Below, one piece after another: positions 19,493 through 31,584 of a stretch of DNA of 64,000 nucleotides. The stretch is from positions 2,518,085-2,582,084 of the forward strand of contig CAVUDW010000003.1 in NCBI GenBank assembly GCA_963740355.1, read 5' to 3'. The DNA is from an uncultured Gemmatimonadaceae bacterium (GTDB lineage Bacteria > Gemmatimonadota > Gemmatimonadetes > Gemmatimonadales > Gemmatimonadaceae). The first letter of the stretch is position 1. Every line of letters begins with the position of its first letter. The position numbers and the translations under genes were made by a program. The notes beneath the pieces are model-generated. The model was not told the DNA's origin. It saw only the letters and a list, made by a program, of their open reading frames with translations, and made no database searches.

Positions 19493-20389
19493 CTATCGGC
19501 GCCCATTGCCCGCGCTCCGATACTGACCAAATCTGTTGCGCAGATCTGCCAAACCTCTTTCGTTCGGATGGAGCCTGCCCAGTACGCGGTGGCAGTTCGC
19601 GCATACAGTGATCAGGCTTGCCAGCCGAGAGTACTTCAACTTTCGGGTGTGAAGTGCCTGCACGTGATGTGCCTCGAGGCAGCTCTTGCCATCGGCACCG
19701 TAGATTGCTTCGGGCCGAACTCCACAAATCTGACAGGTGAATTTGTCTCGAATCTTTGCGTCGAGCGCCTGTGCCGCACTGCGCTTGAATGCAGTCGCTT
19801 TGACGATCCCCTCCCGCACGAGCAATGGCTTCGATTCACCGCGCAGACGGAAATGCCAAGAGTCAATGGCCGTGAAACATTGAGCAAGGAATCGGCTGGC
19901 GATAAGTATCTGACTTTGACTTGGCCCTGATTTTGTGTGCGGCCCCAGGTACATGCCGATCGTCTTCGTGCCGTTCTCGAATACCTCAACAATCGGAACG
20001 CGAAAGTCAGTGCTAGACAAAGCTTTTGCGTACGAAGTGAGTGACCCGTCGAATTTCAGATGCTTGTCCGAGTATCGCTTAGGCTTCGCAATGTGCCTTG
20101 CGAGGTGCTTTCCAAGATGATCGGTTCGTACTGTACCGAGGCAAAAGAAACCTGCCCAGAAATGGTATCTGCCATCGCCTGGAAGCCTATCGAGTTGGAT
20201 GGTCACACCGCGAATTCCCGGAACATTCAAGTCTCCTAGTTGCACACACCAGCCGTCAGTTTCTTCGGCAATTTCGACAACTAATCGCTTTTCGGGAACG
20301 AAGCTCTCGCTTCCCTGCGCTAAGAGTACTTCGCGAATGCCGGTCGCCAATCTTCGAGCGCTCGCACGGAGCTCTGTCTTTTTCTGCAC
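19493..20389 (-). CDS. HNH endonuclease (McrA-like C-terminus)
   Basis: CQICG...LEAHH...VCANCHR. Confidence 0.8.
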   Translation of the reverse strand: MQKKTELRASARRLATGIREVLLAQGSESFVPEKRLVVEIAEETDGWCVQLGDLNVPGIRGVTIQLDRLPGDGRYHFWAGFFCLGTVRTDHLGKHLARHIAKPKRYSDKHLKFDGSLTSYAKALSSTDFRVPIVEVFENGTKTIGMYLGPHTKSGPSQSQILIASRFLAQCFTAIDSWHFRLRGESKPLLVREGIVKATAFKRSAAQALDAKIRDKFTCQICGVRPEAIYGADGKSCLEAHHVQALHTRKLKYSRLASLITVCANCHRVLGRLHPNERGLADLRNRFGQYRSAGNGRR

Positions 20390-20426
20390 TTGTTGTCCCT
20401 ACGAGAGGGGGGCCGGGAACGCAGAT

Positions 20427-21142
20427 CTACTCGCGCCAAGTCTGAGCGGTGAGAGGCAGCTCGTTCAGTTCCGCCCGAGCCTCGCGCCAAGTCGGGTAGT
20501 GCTTTTCGATCAGTGCCAGAAAGCGCTCGCTGTGCGTCGGCTCGACAAGGTGAAGCATCTCGTGCACGACCACGTACTCGAGCAGGTCCTTCGGCTTCTT
20601 CACCAGCTCGGTGTTCAGCCGGATGGTCCCCGCCCGGTGGTTGCAGCCGCCCCACTTGGTCTTCATGCGCTGCAGGAAGTAGCCGGACACCTGCACGCCG
20701 AGCTTCGGCTCCCACTTCCGGATCAACTCCGGCACCTCGGCATGCAGCAGCGCCTTGTGCCACTCGTGCATGACCGCGTCCGCTTCGGCCGTGCTGCTGC
20801 CGGGGCGCACGGTCAGCGTGATGCCGCGGTGTCGCAGCCGCACGGACGGCTTCTCGTCCCCTCGACGACCGAGAGCAGATAGCGCCGTCCCCAGAGGTAA
20901 TGGCTCTCACGCTCGACGAACTGGCGCGGCGTCTCCCGCGCCTGCCCCAGCAGCTTCGCCTGCTGATCCCGGATCCAGCCGAGCTTCGAGATCGCATAGG
21001 CCCGCGCCACCTCCGGGCGCGTTCCCGTCGGCGCGACCAGCGTGACGCGCCCGTTCGGCGGGTGCACCGACAGGTGGACGTGCTTGACGTCCTTGCGCGT
21101 CACGGCGATGGCGATGTCACCGAGCTGGATCGTCTCGGTCAT
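20427..21142 (-). CDS. M48/YgjP (DUF45) metalloprotease, frameshifted
   Basis: MKTKWGGC and YVVVHEMLHL (HEXXH). Typical last gene of type I RM operons. Confidence 0.85.
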
Positions 21143-24100
21143 CAGTAGCCCGGCTGGTTCTTGATGATCTCGAAGAGGGCCAGCGTGGCCTCGCGGTCGC
21201 GGTCAGGAGCGGGAACAGCGCGTTCAGCACCTGCGCCTCGCGCGCCTGGTCACCCTTCCAGCCTGCCGGCGCCTGCTCGCGCATCACGCGGTCGATCTCC
21301 AGCGCCAGCTGCCGCCTGTCTCCTCGGCACCGGCTCGGGGCACCCGAAGGTCGTCCGCCGGCAGCGAGCCCAGGTTGTTGTAGATCACCGTCGCCTCGCG
21401 CTTGCCGTGCAGCGCCGCCGGAACGCCTTCGCCGGCTGCTTCGCCGCCAGCCGCTTCACCAGCGCCTCGGCCTTCTGCAGGAACTCCTCGTAGGCCGCCG
21501 CGTCCGCCCGGCTCTGCTTGATGAGGTCGTCGAGCAGCTTCGACATCTGCTCGTAGAACCGGGGGTCGGTGAGCTGGTCGCGGATGATGGTCTTGCGGAC
21601 GTTGTTGATGATCCCTTCGGCGATGGCGTTCTTCGAGAGCTTGCCCTTCTCGTTGAGCTTCTGGCGATGGCGTCGTGGATGCCGGTCTCGATGATCAGCT
21701 CGGTCAGCGACATGCTCGCCCAGCTCGCCCAGGTCAGCCGCCGGGTCGGCCTGGACGTAGGTGTTGAGGAGGTGGCGCATGTCCGCCTCGTAGGGCTTGA
21801 TGTCCAGCTCCTCGCCCGAGTGCTTCTTGATGGCGGAGCGGATCTCGCTGTAGAACTCGACGTCCTTCTGCAGCGCGGCCGCTTCGGCGTCGGAGTAGCC
21901 GGCCTCCGTCGAGGTCCTGCGCGATGGCGGCGTAAGGCCCGCACGAAGACCGCCACGGCCTTGTAGAACGACACCCGCAGCGCCTCGGTCTCGTTCAGCG
22001 CGTTCGGGTTGGCGGCGTCGCCGCAGAAGTAGTGCAGGAACTGCTCCACCTCGCGCGGCTGGGCCACCGGCTCGCACAGGTAGCGCAGCGCCTCGCGGGC
22101 CTCGTCGAGCTTCTTCTTGCCCTCGTCCAGCCAGTCCTTGAGGTGGACGTTGTTGCTCGGCGTCGCCGCCGCCCCGTCGATGTCCAGCTCGTCGGAGCTG
22201 TAGACGGCGATCGCCTCCTGCACCTCGCCGAACAGCTCCTTGAAGTCGACGATGTGGCCGTAGTCCTTGTCGTCGCCGTCGAGCCGGTTGGTGCGGCAGA
22301 TGGCCTGGAACAGGTTGTGGTCGCGCAGCTCGTTGTCGAGGTAGATGTAGGTGCAGCTCGGCGCATCGAAGCCGGTCAGCAGCTTGCTCACCACGATCAG
22401 CAGCTTCAGTTGGCCGGCTCCTCGATGAAGCGGCGCTTGGTCTCGTCCTCGTACTGCTTGGTCGTCTGGCCCGTCGCTTGAGGACGTGCTGGGTGTAGGT
22501 GTCGAACTTGTAGCGCTCGTCGCTGTTGGCGGGCTCGCGCGAGATCGCGTTGTGGTTCGGCTCGTACGACGTGATGATCCCGCAGTACGGGCCGAAGTTC
22601 GTGTTCTGGAACAGCCGGAAGTAGTGGCAGGCGTCGTAGATCGAGGCGGCCACCAGGATCGCCGTGCCCCGGTCGTTGTTCAGGCGCGGCTTGAGGCTGA
22701 AGTCCTCGATGATGTCGGCGATGATGCGCTGCTTGCGCTCGCCGGCGCTCATCAGCTCTTCCATCGTCGCCCAGCGCTTGCGCAGGACCGCCTTCTGGAA
22801 GTTGTTCAGGCCCTTGGTCTTCTGCTCGAACCATGCGTCGATGGCGCCCTGGCGACGTGAGCCGCTGCGGCACGTCGCGCGCCTCGTACTTGAGGTCGAG
22901 CATCACCGCCGTCGGCCACGCGCCTCGTGGAACTTGTAGGTGTGGATGTAGGTGCCGAAGACGTCGCGCGTCATCAGCTTGTCCTTGCGCAGCAGCGGCG
23001 TGCCGGTGAAGCCGATGAAGATCGCGCCCTCCAGCCAGCGCTTCATCTGCTTGTTCATGTCGCCGCCCTGCGTGCGGTGGCACTCGTCCACGAACACGTA
23101 GAAGCGGCCGTTCACGGCGGGGCCGGTCCCTTCAGGTCGGCCGCGTCGAACTTGTGGATCAGCGCGCACAGGAGGCGCGGCGTCGGCTGCGCCGAGCTTC
23201 TCCACGAACTCCGCCCGCGAGGTGATGCGCGGCGACGGCGACTCGGCGCCGATGACCCCGGCGTTCTTCATCACGCCCTCGATCTGCTTGTCCAGCTCGT
23301 CGCGGTCGGTGACGACGAGGATGCGCGCGTCGGGGTCGTGCTCCAGCAGCCACTTGGCGATCAGCACCATCAGGATGCTCTTGCCGCTGCCCTGGGTGTG
23401 CCAGATGACGCCGCCCTCGCGCTTCGCGATGCGCTCCTGCGCGGCCTTGACGCCGAAGAACTGGTGCGGCCGCGGCACCTTCTTCTGGCCGGCGTCGAAG
23501 ATGATGAAGTTGCGGATCAGGTCCAGCAGCCGCGCCTTGTTGCACAGCTGCGCCAGCGGCCGGTCGAGCAGCGCACCGGCGGCGGGCGCGGCGCCGTCGC
23601 CGGCGCCTCGTCCTTCCACTCCACGAAGAACTGCTCCGGCGTGCCGGTGGTGCCGTAGCGCAGCCCCTGCGAGTCGCTGCCCGCCAGCACGAGCTGCACG
23701 GTGCTGAAGAAGCCCTTGTTGAAGATCTCTTCCTGGTTGGTGATGAGCTGCCGCACGCCGTCGGCCAGCTCCACCGAGCTGCGCTTCAGCTCGATCACCG
23801 CGATGGCGAGGCCGTTGACGTACAGCACGATGTCCGGCCGGCGCTCGTAGCCGCCCTTCAGCGTCACCTCCTCGGCCAGCGCGAAGTCGTTCTGCTCCGG
23901 GTGCTCCCAGTCGATCAGGTGCACCGTCTCGTGCGCCTGCCCCGCCGCGATCTGCACCGGCACGCCATAGCGCAGGAGCTGGTAGGTGCGCAGGTTGGCC
24001 TGGTAGAGCGTGATGCCGGTCGACGTCGGCGGCGGTCTCCAGCTTCTGCAGGGCGGCGGAGATGTGGGCATCGGAGTAGCCGCGGGCCGTGAGGTTGTCG

Positions 24101-24253
24101 CGCAGTAACGCCGTCTCGATGCGCCGGTTGTTCTGACCGCTTGTTCCATTCGCCGAGGTAGCGGTAGCCGAGGCAGTCGGACCGCTTCGCGTCGGTGAAC
24201 AGGTCGATGACACGGTTCTGCGTCTCCCGTTCGGAACGCGGTATCTCGGCCAT
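21142..24253 (-). CDS. hsdR: Type I restriction endonuclease subunit R, multiple frameshifts
   Basis: [41 protein letters not shown] and QAICRTNR. Confidence 0.92.
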
Positions 24254-26215
24254 CAGCTTCCCGTCGCCGAGGACCTTCGTCAGTCACGTACTCGCCGGAA
24301 CGGCCGAACCGGTCGTGAAGCACCGGAACCCCGCCTCGCTGGCCAGCGCCAGGTCGCGGGCTCCTCGTTCAGCAGCACGGCCACGGGCTGGCTCAGCTCC
24401 TCCTGCAGCCCGTTCGGCCACGCCAGGTCGAACACCGCCTGCTGCTCGCCGGTCTCGGGTCCGCGAAGTCGAAGGACATCGTGCCCCGGGGCAGGCCGGC
24501 CTGCGCCACCCAGTCGTTGAGGTCGAGCAACGCCTGCTCCTCCTCCTCGCTGGTGATGCCACCCGTCGTCGTCGCCGCCAGGGGCAACGCCGCCGCAGGG
24601 CCGTCCAGCCAGCGGGTGTCGCCGTGCAGAAGCTCCTCCATCCGGGCGTTCAGCTCGGCCGCCAGCAGCGCCTTGCGGGCCTCCAGGAAGTCGCGGAAGT
24701 TCTCGATCTTCCAGAGTGTCGGGTCCGTCGGGATCCACTGCGAGGCAAGCGCACCGGGGTGGGCGGCCTCGATCTCGGGGAAGTACTCCTCCGGCAGGCG
24801 ATCGCTGATCTTGAGGTTGGTGTCCTTGGTGAGGAAGCAGAAGTTGGCCAGGGCATTCACCTCGGGGCGACGGTACTTCCGCTTGTAGAGCTGCGCCTTG
24901 GGGAAGATGTGATGCACCTCCAGGCGGCTCATCTTGCCGAGCAGGCTGGCCTTGAGCGGCAGCCCGGTGCCCCAGTCGCGCGACTCACCCATGCGGGTCA
25001 GCAGGTAGAGCACCGGATAGAAGCGCGCGCCGAGGCTCCAGCCGGTGAAGTGCCCAGGCTCCGCACGCAGGCCGCCGTGCCAGAGGCGCAGCTGCTCCAG
25101 CAGTCGTCCAGCCCGCCCTCGTCGCCTTCGAGGGCGGCGAGGTCCTGGTCGATGAACGACTCGGTGGAGCCGGAGAACCGCCCCCACATGCCCGCCTGCA
25201 CAAACCAGAACAGCAGCTTGTCGCGCTCCTTCTCATCCATGGGGCCGAGCTTCCGCCTGCGCTGGTCGAGGTAGCGCACCATCACCGGCACGCCGAAGCG
25301 CCCGAAGAACACCTGGTCGTGATCGAGGCCCAGGCGGCCGCCGATCAGGTTCAGGCAGGTGTCGATGTGCTTGGTGGCGCGCTCGAGCGCGTCCTGCACT
25401 TCGGCCGCGCTCTTCTCGTGCAGGTGCAGGAACTTGGCCTCGCCGGTGAGCACCGTGTTCACCGAGCGCAGCAGCCAGTCGAGGTTGAAGTGGTAGCCCG
25501 ACCTGCTCCCATTCCTTGAGCTTGGCCTTCATCGCATCACGGCCCTCGGGCCAGTCGGCGCAGATCTTGGCCAGCGCCAGGTCACCCTTGGACAGCTTGG
25601 TGCCGCCGCTGTTGACGCGGTTGAAGATGTCCACCACCACGTCGAGCGTCTTGTCGGCGCCGGTGACCTCTTCGATGTGCAGGTCGATCTCGGTGATGCC
25701 GAGGATGCGCTGAGATCCGGCCAGAGTACTTGATCGCCGTTCGGGCCGACGCTCAGGGTGCGCCGCAAGCTCGCGTCCACGAGACTGCCCAGGCCGGCGC
25801 TGCCCATCCTGCATCAGCTCCGTGACGTCGATCCAGAGCGGATCGTCCTTCATCTTCACCGGCTGGTAGAAGTCGAAGGCTCCTCTCCAGGTGAAAGCGG
25901 AGCCCGGTGAAGGCCTGGGCGTTGCCGTCGAAGAACTTGGGCGGCTTGCCGCGCACCACGCCGTAGAGCGAGGTCATGCGCTGCTGGCCGTCGAGCAGCA
26001 GCTTCACCACGCCGGCCGCCAGCGGGCCGTCACCGCGATGGGTGGCGGTCTTGCGATTCCGTGGCCCAGACCAGCAGGCCGCCGACCGGATGGCGGCGGT
26101 AGAGCGAATCGAACAGCCCGCGCACCTGGTCGCGGTTCCAGACGTAGCCGCGCTGGAACTCGGGCAGCGCCATGTGGCCGCTGTCGATGTGGTCGAGGAT
26201 GGTGGAGATCTTCAT
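24253..26215 (-). CDS. DUF262 (GmrSD-like) protein, frameshifted; end approximate
   Basis: [26 protein letters not shown] and an HNH-like LEVHHIFPK...ANF...N. Confidence 0.85.
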
Positions 26216-27430
26216 ACCAGGCGGGTCCTCCCGGTGAGCAGCTCCTGCATCATGCCCTGCTTGAGGGCGCGGGTCTTGTCGCGGCGGGCTTCGAGGGCGG
26301 TGAGTTCGGCGTCCATGTCGGAGAGGACCGCGGCGATGGCGGTTTGCTCATCCTTGAGGCCTGGAATCCTGGCAGGGGTCAAGTGCTGCTTGGAGATTCG
26401 GTATGCGCCGCGTTCCGCGGTAGCTCCGAAGCTGATGCAGGCCTTATGCCTGTCGTCAGAAAGCGTAGTAGAGGAATCTCGGATTCGACGGCGGCGGGCT
26501 TGGGACGAACACTCTCCGAACCGGTTGGTCGTAAATGCGGATCGTCCGATCGCAGCATCCGCATCCGACTAGTGCCGTGTTCCAGCCTCGTCGATGATCA
26601 AGATCGTCTTCGTGAGCGACATTCTCTGACTCGCGAATGCAGCCCCGGGGATGTGATCGCCTCGCCGTGGCAACAAGCTGGCCACGTGCAGATATCACCG
26701 ACTCTGGGTGAGGGAACGCGCCTCTTGGCTGCTCTTGCCTCGTGCTGCGCACCCAACGCCTGCTTCATGTCGCCGACACGCTGCCCCAACCGCTTCACCT
26801 CCCACTCCCCCTGGAAGCCGGGGAGGCGGGTCTGGCCGGTGAGGAGCTGCTGCATGGCGGCCTGCTTGAGGTCGCGCTTCTTGGCGATGAGCCGATCCAG
26901 CCCGCCCAGCAGCGCATCCACATCGCTCAACGCCGCCGCGATGGCGCGTTGTTCGGCGTCGGATTCGGGAACGGGAACGCGAGCGGCTTGACGTGTTTGT
27001 TGTTGATCTGCGGAACGGCGTGGTATCGGCGAATCCTCCAGAGCTCAATGTGACCAAGGGCGTAGTACAGATACTCGGACTCGAGCCCATCCTTAGGCGT
27101 TAGCGCCATAAGGTTCGGTCCATGAACGACGGGCCGATTCTAGAATCCGACCTTGTTCAAGGCGATGGCGGCGCCCCTCTTCGCGAACAGCACGCTCGTT
27201 CCGGGGACGCTCACCCGACATCGAAGGCTACGGGATGTCGGTGGCGTCGAGATACTTCTCGGCATTACTGACTGTCGACTTTGAAGGACGGAATACCGTC
27301 GCCCGAAAATCGGAACAGCGATGGGCTCCGCCGCTAGTGATGCGCCCAACTTCGCCGAGCGGCTTAACTTCCCAGTCCTCTGGGATGACCCCAGCCGTCG
27401 GTCTGCTTGTAGCCCGGCCTTCACTTCCAT
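26212..27430 (-). CDS. hsdS: Type I RM specificity subunit S, heavily frameshifted
   Basis: Conserved spacers LSDVDALL..LDRLIAKKRDLKQAAMQQLLTG and [13 protein letters not shown]. Starts and stops overlap those of neighbours. Confidence 0.82.
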
Positions 27431-29852
27431 GACGCCCCCATCTTCTTCAGGTGCTCGTCCACCCGGGCGGCGAGCGTCTCCACTTCGTCGGTGAGCTTCG
27501 GCAGCGGCGTGGCGTAGCGTTCGGCCAGTTCGCGGATGCGGCCGGTGAGGGTCTGCGAGACGCGGTCGAGCTCGCCCTGCACGGCGGCCGACAGCCGCGC
27601 CATCCACTTGTCGTCCACCACCAGCGTCTTGATCTCGGCCTCGGTGAGCTTGGGGTACTTGGCGTAGGCCAGCTTGTCGAGCGCGGCCTCCTGCTCCTTC
27701 ACGGCGCGCTTGAGCGTCGGTCTCGCGGTCGGCAGCTCCAGCCATCGCTCGAGCACCGCGGCCTCGTCCTTGCGCGTCCTTGTCGCCCTTGATCTCCTTG
27801 AGCCGGGCACTGACCTCGGCCTTGGCGATCTTGTCCAGCTCGCCGAGGAAGCCCTCCTCGCCGCCGTGCTCTCCTCCAGCTCGGCGAGCGTGGCGGTCGC
27901 AGCTTCCAGCTCGGCCTGCGTGCGCCTCGATCGCGGCCTGCTCCTTGGCGAAGTAGCGGGCGACGATCAGCGGCTTGGGGACCAGGTCGCAGGCCCAGCC
28001 CTTGTCCTTGCGTCTTGCCCTTCTTGTCGGTCTCCAGGATGCGCGCCGGTCTTCGCCACCCAGCCGTCGGCGGCGATCAGGTAGGCGTCGTCCTGCATGG
28101 TCTCGGCCCAGTAGTCCATCAGGTGCTGGTAGACGTCGTAGGCGTCGAGCAGCGGCGCCTGGCGTGAAGGCGGCGAGCAGGTCCTCGGCGATGGTCTCGA
28201 TCAGCGCCTTGGGGTGGCCGTCCTGGCCGAAGCCGGTGAGGCGCGGCGTCGTGGCCTTGCGCCAGTCGGCGAAGCGCTGTCGTCGCCTGCTGCTGAAGGC
28301 GGTGAACTCGGCGTGGCCGAGGATGGCGGGCTTGACCTCGGCGCAGCGGCAGCTTCAGGCGCGCGTAGCCGGGGCGGCCCGCGCGACTCGAACAGCGCGC
28401 CGCGCACGCCGGGCAGCACCTCCCAGTAGCGCGCCGAGCGCGTCGAGGTCGCGCTCGGGGATGCCGCCGCGCAGGTGGCCGTCGATGTCCTGCAGGTCTT
28501 CGGGCTCGGTGCTGTCGATGTAGCGCGGCAGGTTGAGGTTGAAGTCGTTCTTCGGGTCGGCGATCTCGGCGCAGCGGCACCATGCGGGCGTAGCGCGGGC
28601 ACGTCGGCCTGCCTGGTGAAGGTGTCGACGATCCGGTGGATGTCCTGCTCGCGCAGGCGGTTCTTGTTGCCGTCCTTGATGAAGCCCTTGGAGGCGTCGA
28701 TCATGAAGACGCCCTTGCGGGCGGCGGCGTTCTCCTTGTCGAGCACCAGGATGCAGGCGGGGATGCCGGTGCCGTAGAACAGGTTGGCCGGCAGGCCGAT
28801 GATGCCCTTGAGGATAGCCGGAGCGGACGAGCTGCTGGCGGATGACGGCCTCGGCATTGCCGCGGAACAGCACGCCGTGCGGCAGGATGCAGGCGCCTTT
28901 GCCCGTGCTCTTCATCGAGCGGATGATGTGCAGCAGGTAGGCGTAGTCGCCCTGCTTGGCCGGCGGCACGCCCCAGGCGAAGCGCTGGAACGGGTCGTTC
29001 GCCGGCGTGAGGCCGGTGCTCCAGGTCTTGTCGGAGAACGGCGGATTGGCGACGACGTAGTCGTAGGTGCGCAGCTGCTCGCCGTCCTTGAACTTGGGCT
29101 CGGCCAGCGTGTTGCCCGGCAGGATGTTGGCCGTCGGGAAGTCGTGCAGGATCATGTTCATGCGGGCCAGACCGGCCGTGGTCACGTCCTTCTCCTGCCC
29201 TTCGAGCGTGATGTGCTTGCCCGCCTCGGCCGCCACCTTCAGCAGCAGCGAGCCCGAGCCGCAGGTGGGGTCGTAGGCGGTGGTCGACGCCTTGGTGTTC
29301 GTCCGGCGAGATGCCGATGACCTTGGCGATGATGCGGCTGACCTCGGCCGGCGTGTAGAACTGGCCCTTGCTCTTGCCGCTCTCGGTGGCGAAGTGCCGC
29401 ATCAGGTATTCGTAGGCGTCGCCCAGGATGTCGTCGTTCTCGGCGCGGTTCTGCGAGAAGTCGAGCTCGGGCTTCTGGAAGATGCCGATCAGGTTGGTCA
29501 GCCGCTCGACCATCGCCTGGCCTTCGCCGAGCTTGTTCGGGTCGTTGAAGTCGGGGAAGTCGCTGCGGGCCAGGCGGGCGTTGGCGTCGATCAGCGGCTG
29601 GATGATCTGGGTGTTGATCTTGTCGCCGATGTCGCTCTTGCCCTTGAGCGCGATCATGTCCTTGAAGCTGGCGCCCTTCGGGATGGTGACCGGCGGGGCG
29701 AAGTCGTCGCTGTTGCCGTACTTGTCGGTGATGTACTTGATGAACAGCATGAACAGGACGTAGTCCTTGTACTGGCTGGCATCCATGCCGCCGCGCAGTT
29801 CGTCGCAGGAGGCCCAGAGGGAGGAGTAGAGGTCGGATTTCTTGATGGCCAT
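27421..29852 (-). CDS. hsdM: Type I RM N6-adenine methyltransferase subunit M, frameshifted
   Basis: LWASCDELRG, GQFYTP, YDPTCGSG (motif I), NPPF (motif IV) and LPHGVLFRG. Confidence 0.92.
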
Positions 29853-29981
29853 GTGACGCGTGGTGGGCAAGATTGTATTCGCGACTGTCTGTCAGGATAA
29901 GCAGACGTCAGTGCGGGTCGATGCTTAGCCATCGGAGTGTACGGGCGAACTCGGCGCACAGCAACCAGCCCTAGGCAGCTG

Positions 29982-30750
29982 TCAGGCGCGGAGCTTCGCG
30001 GCCACGTACGACAACAGAGTGCGCGCAGCGTTGATCATCAGCATCGCTTCCGGTGCGGCCAAGAGTTCGTCATTCGGGTGCGCGACACTCGCTCTGTTTC
30101 GCACCGGATCGAGTTTCGACACGATCGTAGCCAGAGAAAGCACGATGCTATCGACATCCTCGGCCCGTGGCCCGCGAACCGCGAACGCCGGATGCGCAAT
30201 GCGAACAGTCTTGAAGCACTGAGTGAGGCCGGCATCCTTGTCTACGGTAAGCCCCGCTTGCCTGCAGACAGCAATCAGATGTCCATGCAGCGCGGTATGG
30301 AGGCGATCGACACCGCTGGTCGCTCCGCTCTCCCTCAAGAGTGCCTCTGCATCGCCTAACGCTCGAATCACAACTGCGCTTGTTTCCTGAAGGTCTGGGG
30401 CTGCGACTGACTCAGCATCCAGCAGGATTGATGCTGTCCTCTCAAGCTCGACCCTTAGCCGCTCACCTCTACCGTCGGCGGCGCTCCCATTCCTCCCTCC
30501 GCGAAATCTCGCCAGGACGCCGCGAATATCGCAGCTTGTTCTCGGGGAGACGCCTGAGACAGGATGGCGATGAATCGATTGCGCGTAGTTTGCGCAGCAA
30601 GAGATTCAGGATCGGAACCCAGTCCGCAAAATTCGGGGCAGACTCCTTGTGAGTCTTATACGGGAAATCGCCGAGAAATCCTGGGTTCGGCTTCACCGAT
30701 CGAACGATTTGAATTTTCAGATGTCCCGTTGCGACAGGCCGTTCGCCATC
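29982..30750 (-). CDS. Abortive-infection protein with Abi_C C-terminal domain, frameshifted; start approximate
   Basis: VDRLHTALHGHL and VRNRASVAHPN (HEPN-type R-X6-H). Upstream fragments GFLGDFPYKTH and TTRNRFIAIL appear to be its N-terminus. Confidence 0.72.
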
Positions 30751-30799
30751 TTCGGCTCCTAAGACATCCAGCAGAATTCGTGGGCGTGGCCAATCAACA

Positions 30800-31536
30800 G
30801 CGGATATCGCGGGGTAGCAGGTAGCTTCGGGAGTCGTCCGCATTATCCTTGCTCCCGAGGCCTCAAGGTACCGCATCCAAAACGTCTTCAACGCGACTTC
30901 GTCGGCTGTACCTACCTCGGCGTCGAGAGCAACCACACACACGCCTCGCAAGTCGGGAAGCAGCCCATTGATGCGCGGCTCTCAATCCATGCGGCGTTCG
31001 GCATTCGTTGCGTCGTTCCATGTCAAGTTGCGAAGTTGAATGAGCATGTCTGACAGAGTAACGAGCACTGGCGTTCTTCGCGCACCGGAACGGGCGTAGT
31101 CAGAGGTACGGCGAAGAAGACCAAGATGTCTGTCGATGTGACCTTCTCATGCCGGCAGTATCTGTCATGCTAGTGGCCTTCATTCGAGCAAAATCCTTGA
31201 AGGTCTGCAGCTCCAATCGCTCGCGAGTGAATACAGTTGGTGGACGTCGAAGTTGTGGCACGTTCCCACGCCACTCGCGAACCGAGTCTGAGTTCGTGCG
31301 GAACGTTTCGATGAGTGTGATCTCGTCATCGAATGAAAGGCTTTCCACCAGTGCCGCGATGAATACCCGCTATCGCGCATCTGCTGTGGTTTTCGCGATG
31401 CCGAGCGGTCGATGCCAACCATCCAGCGTGTGCTGGCCGGCGACGTCGTCTGAGCACCAAGGCACGCTGGTCCGAGCAGGAGCAGGAACGCGAGTCCCTT
31501 TCTCACGACTCGTGCGAGTATCAACACGAGAATCAT
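30800..31536 (-). CDS. Secreted vWA-like protein, multiple frameshifts; end approximate
   Basis: Signal-like N-terminus, MIDAS-like GIDRSAS (DxSxS), then STDI, LVTLSDM and FWMRYL..SGA across frames. Confidence 0.5.
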
Positions 31537-31584
31537 GCGGCTTGAGTCGTGAGCTGATCCGCGATTCTCTCGATTCGATGAGAT

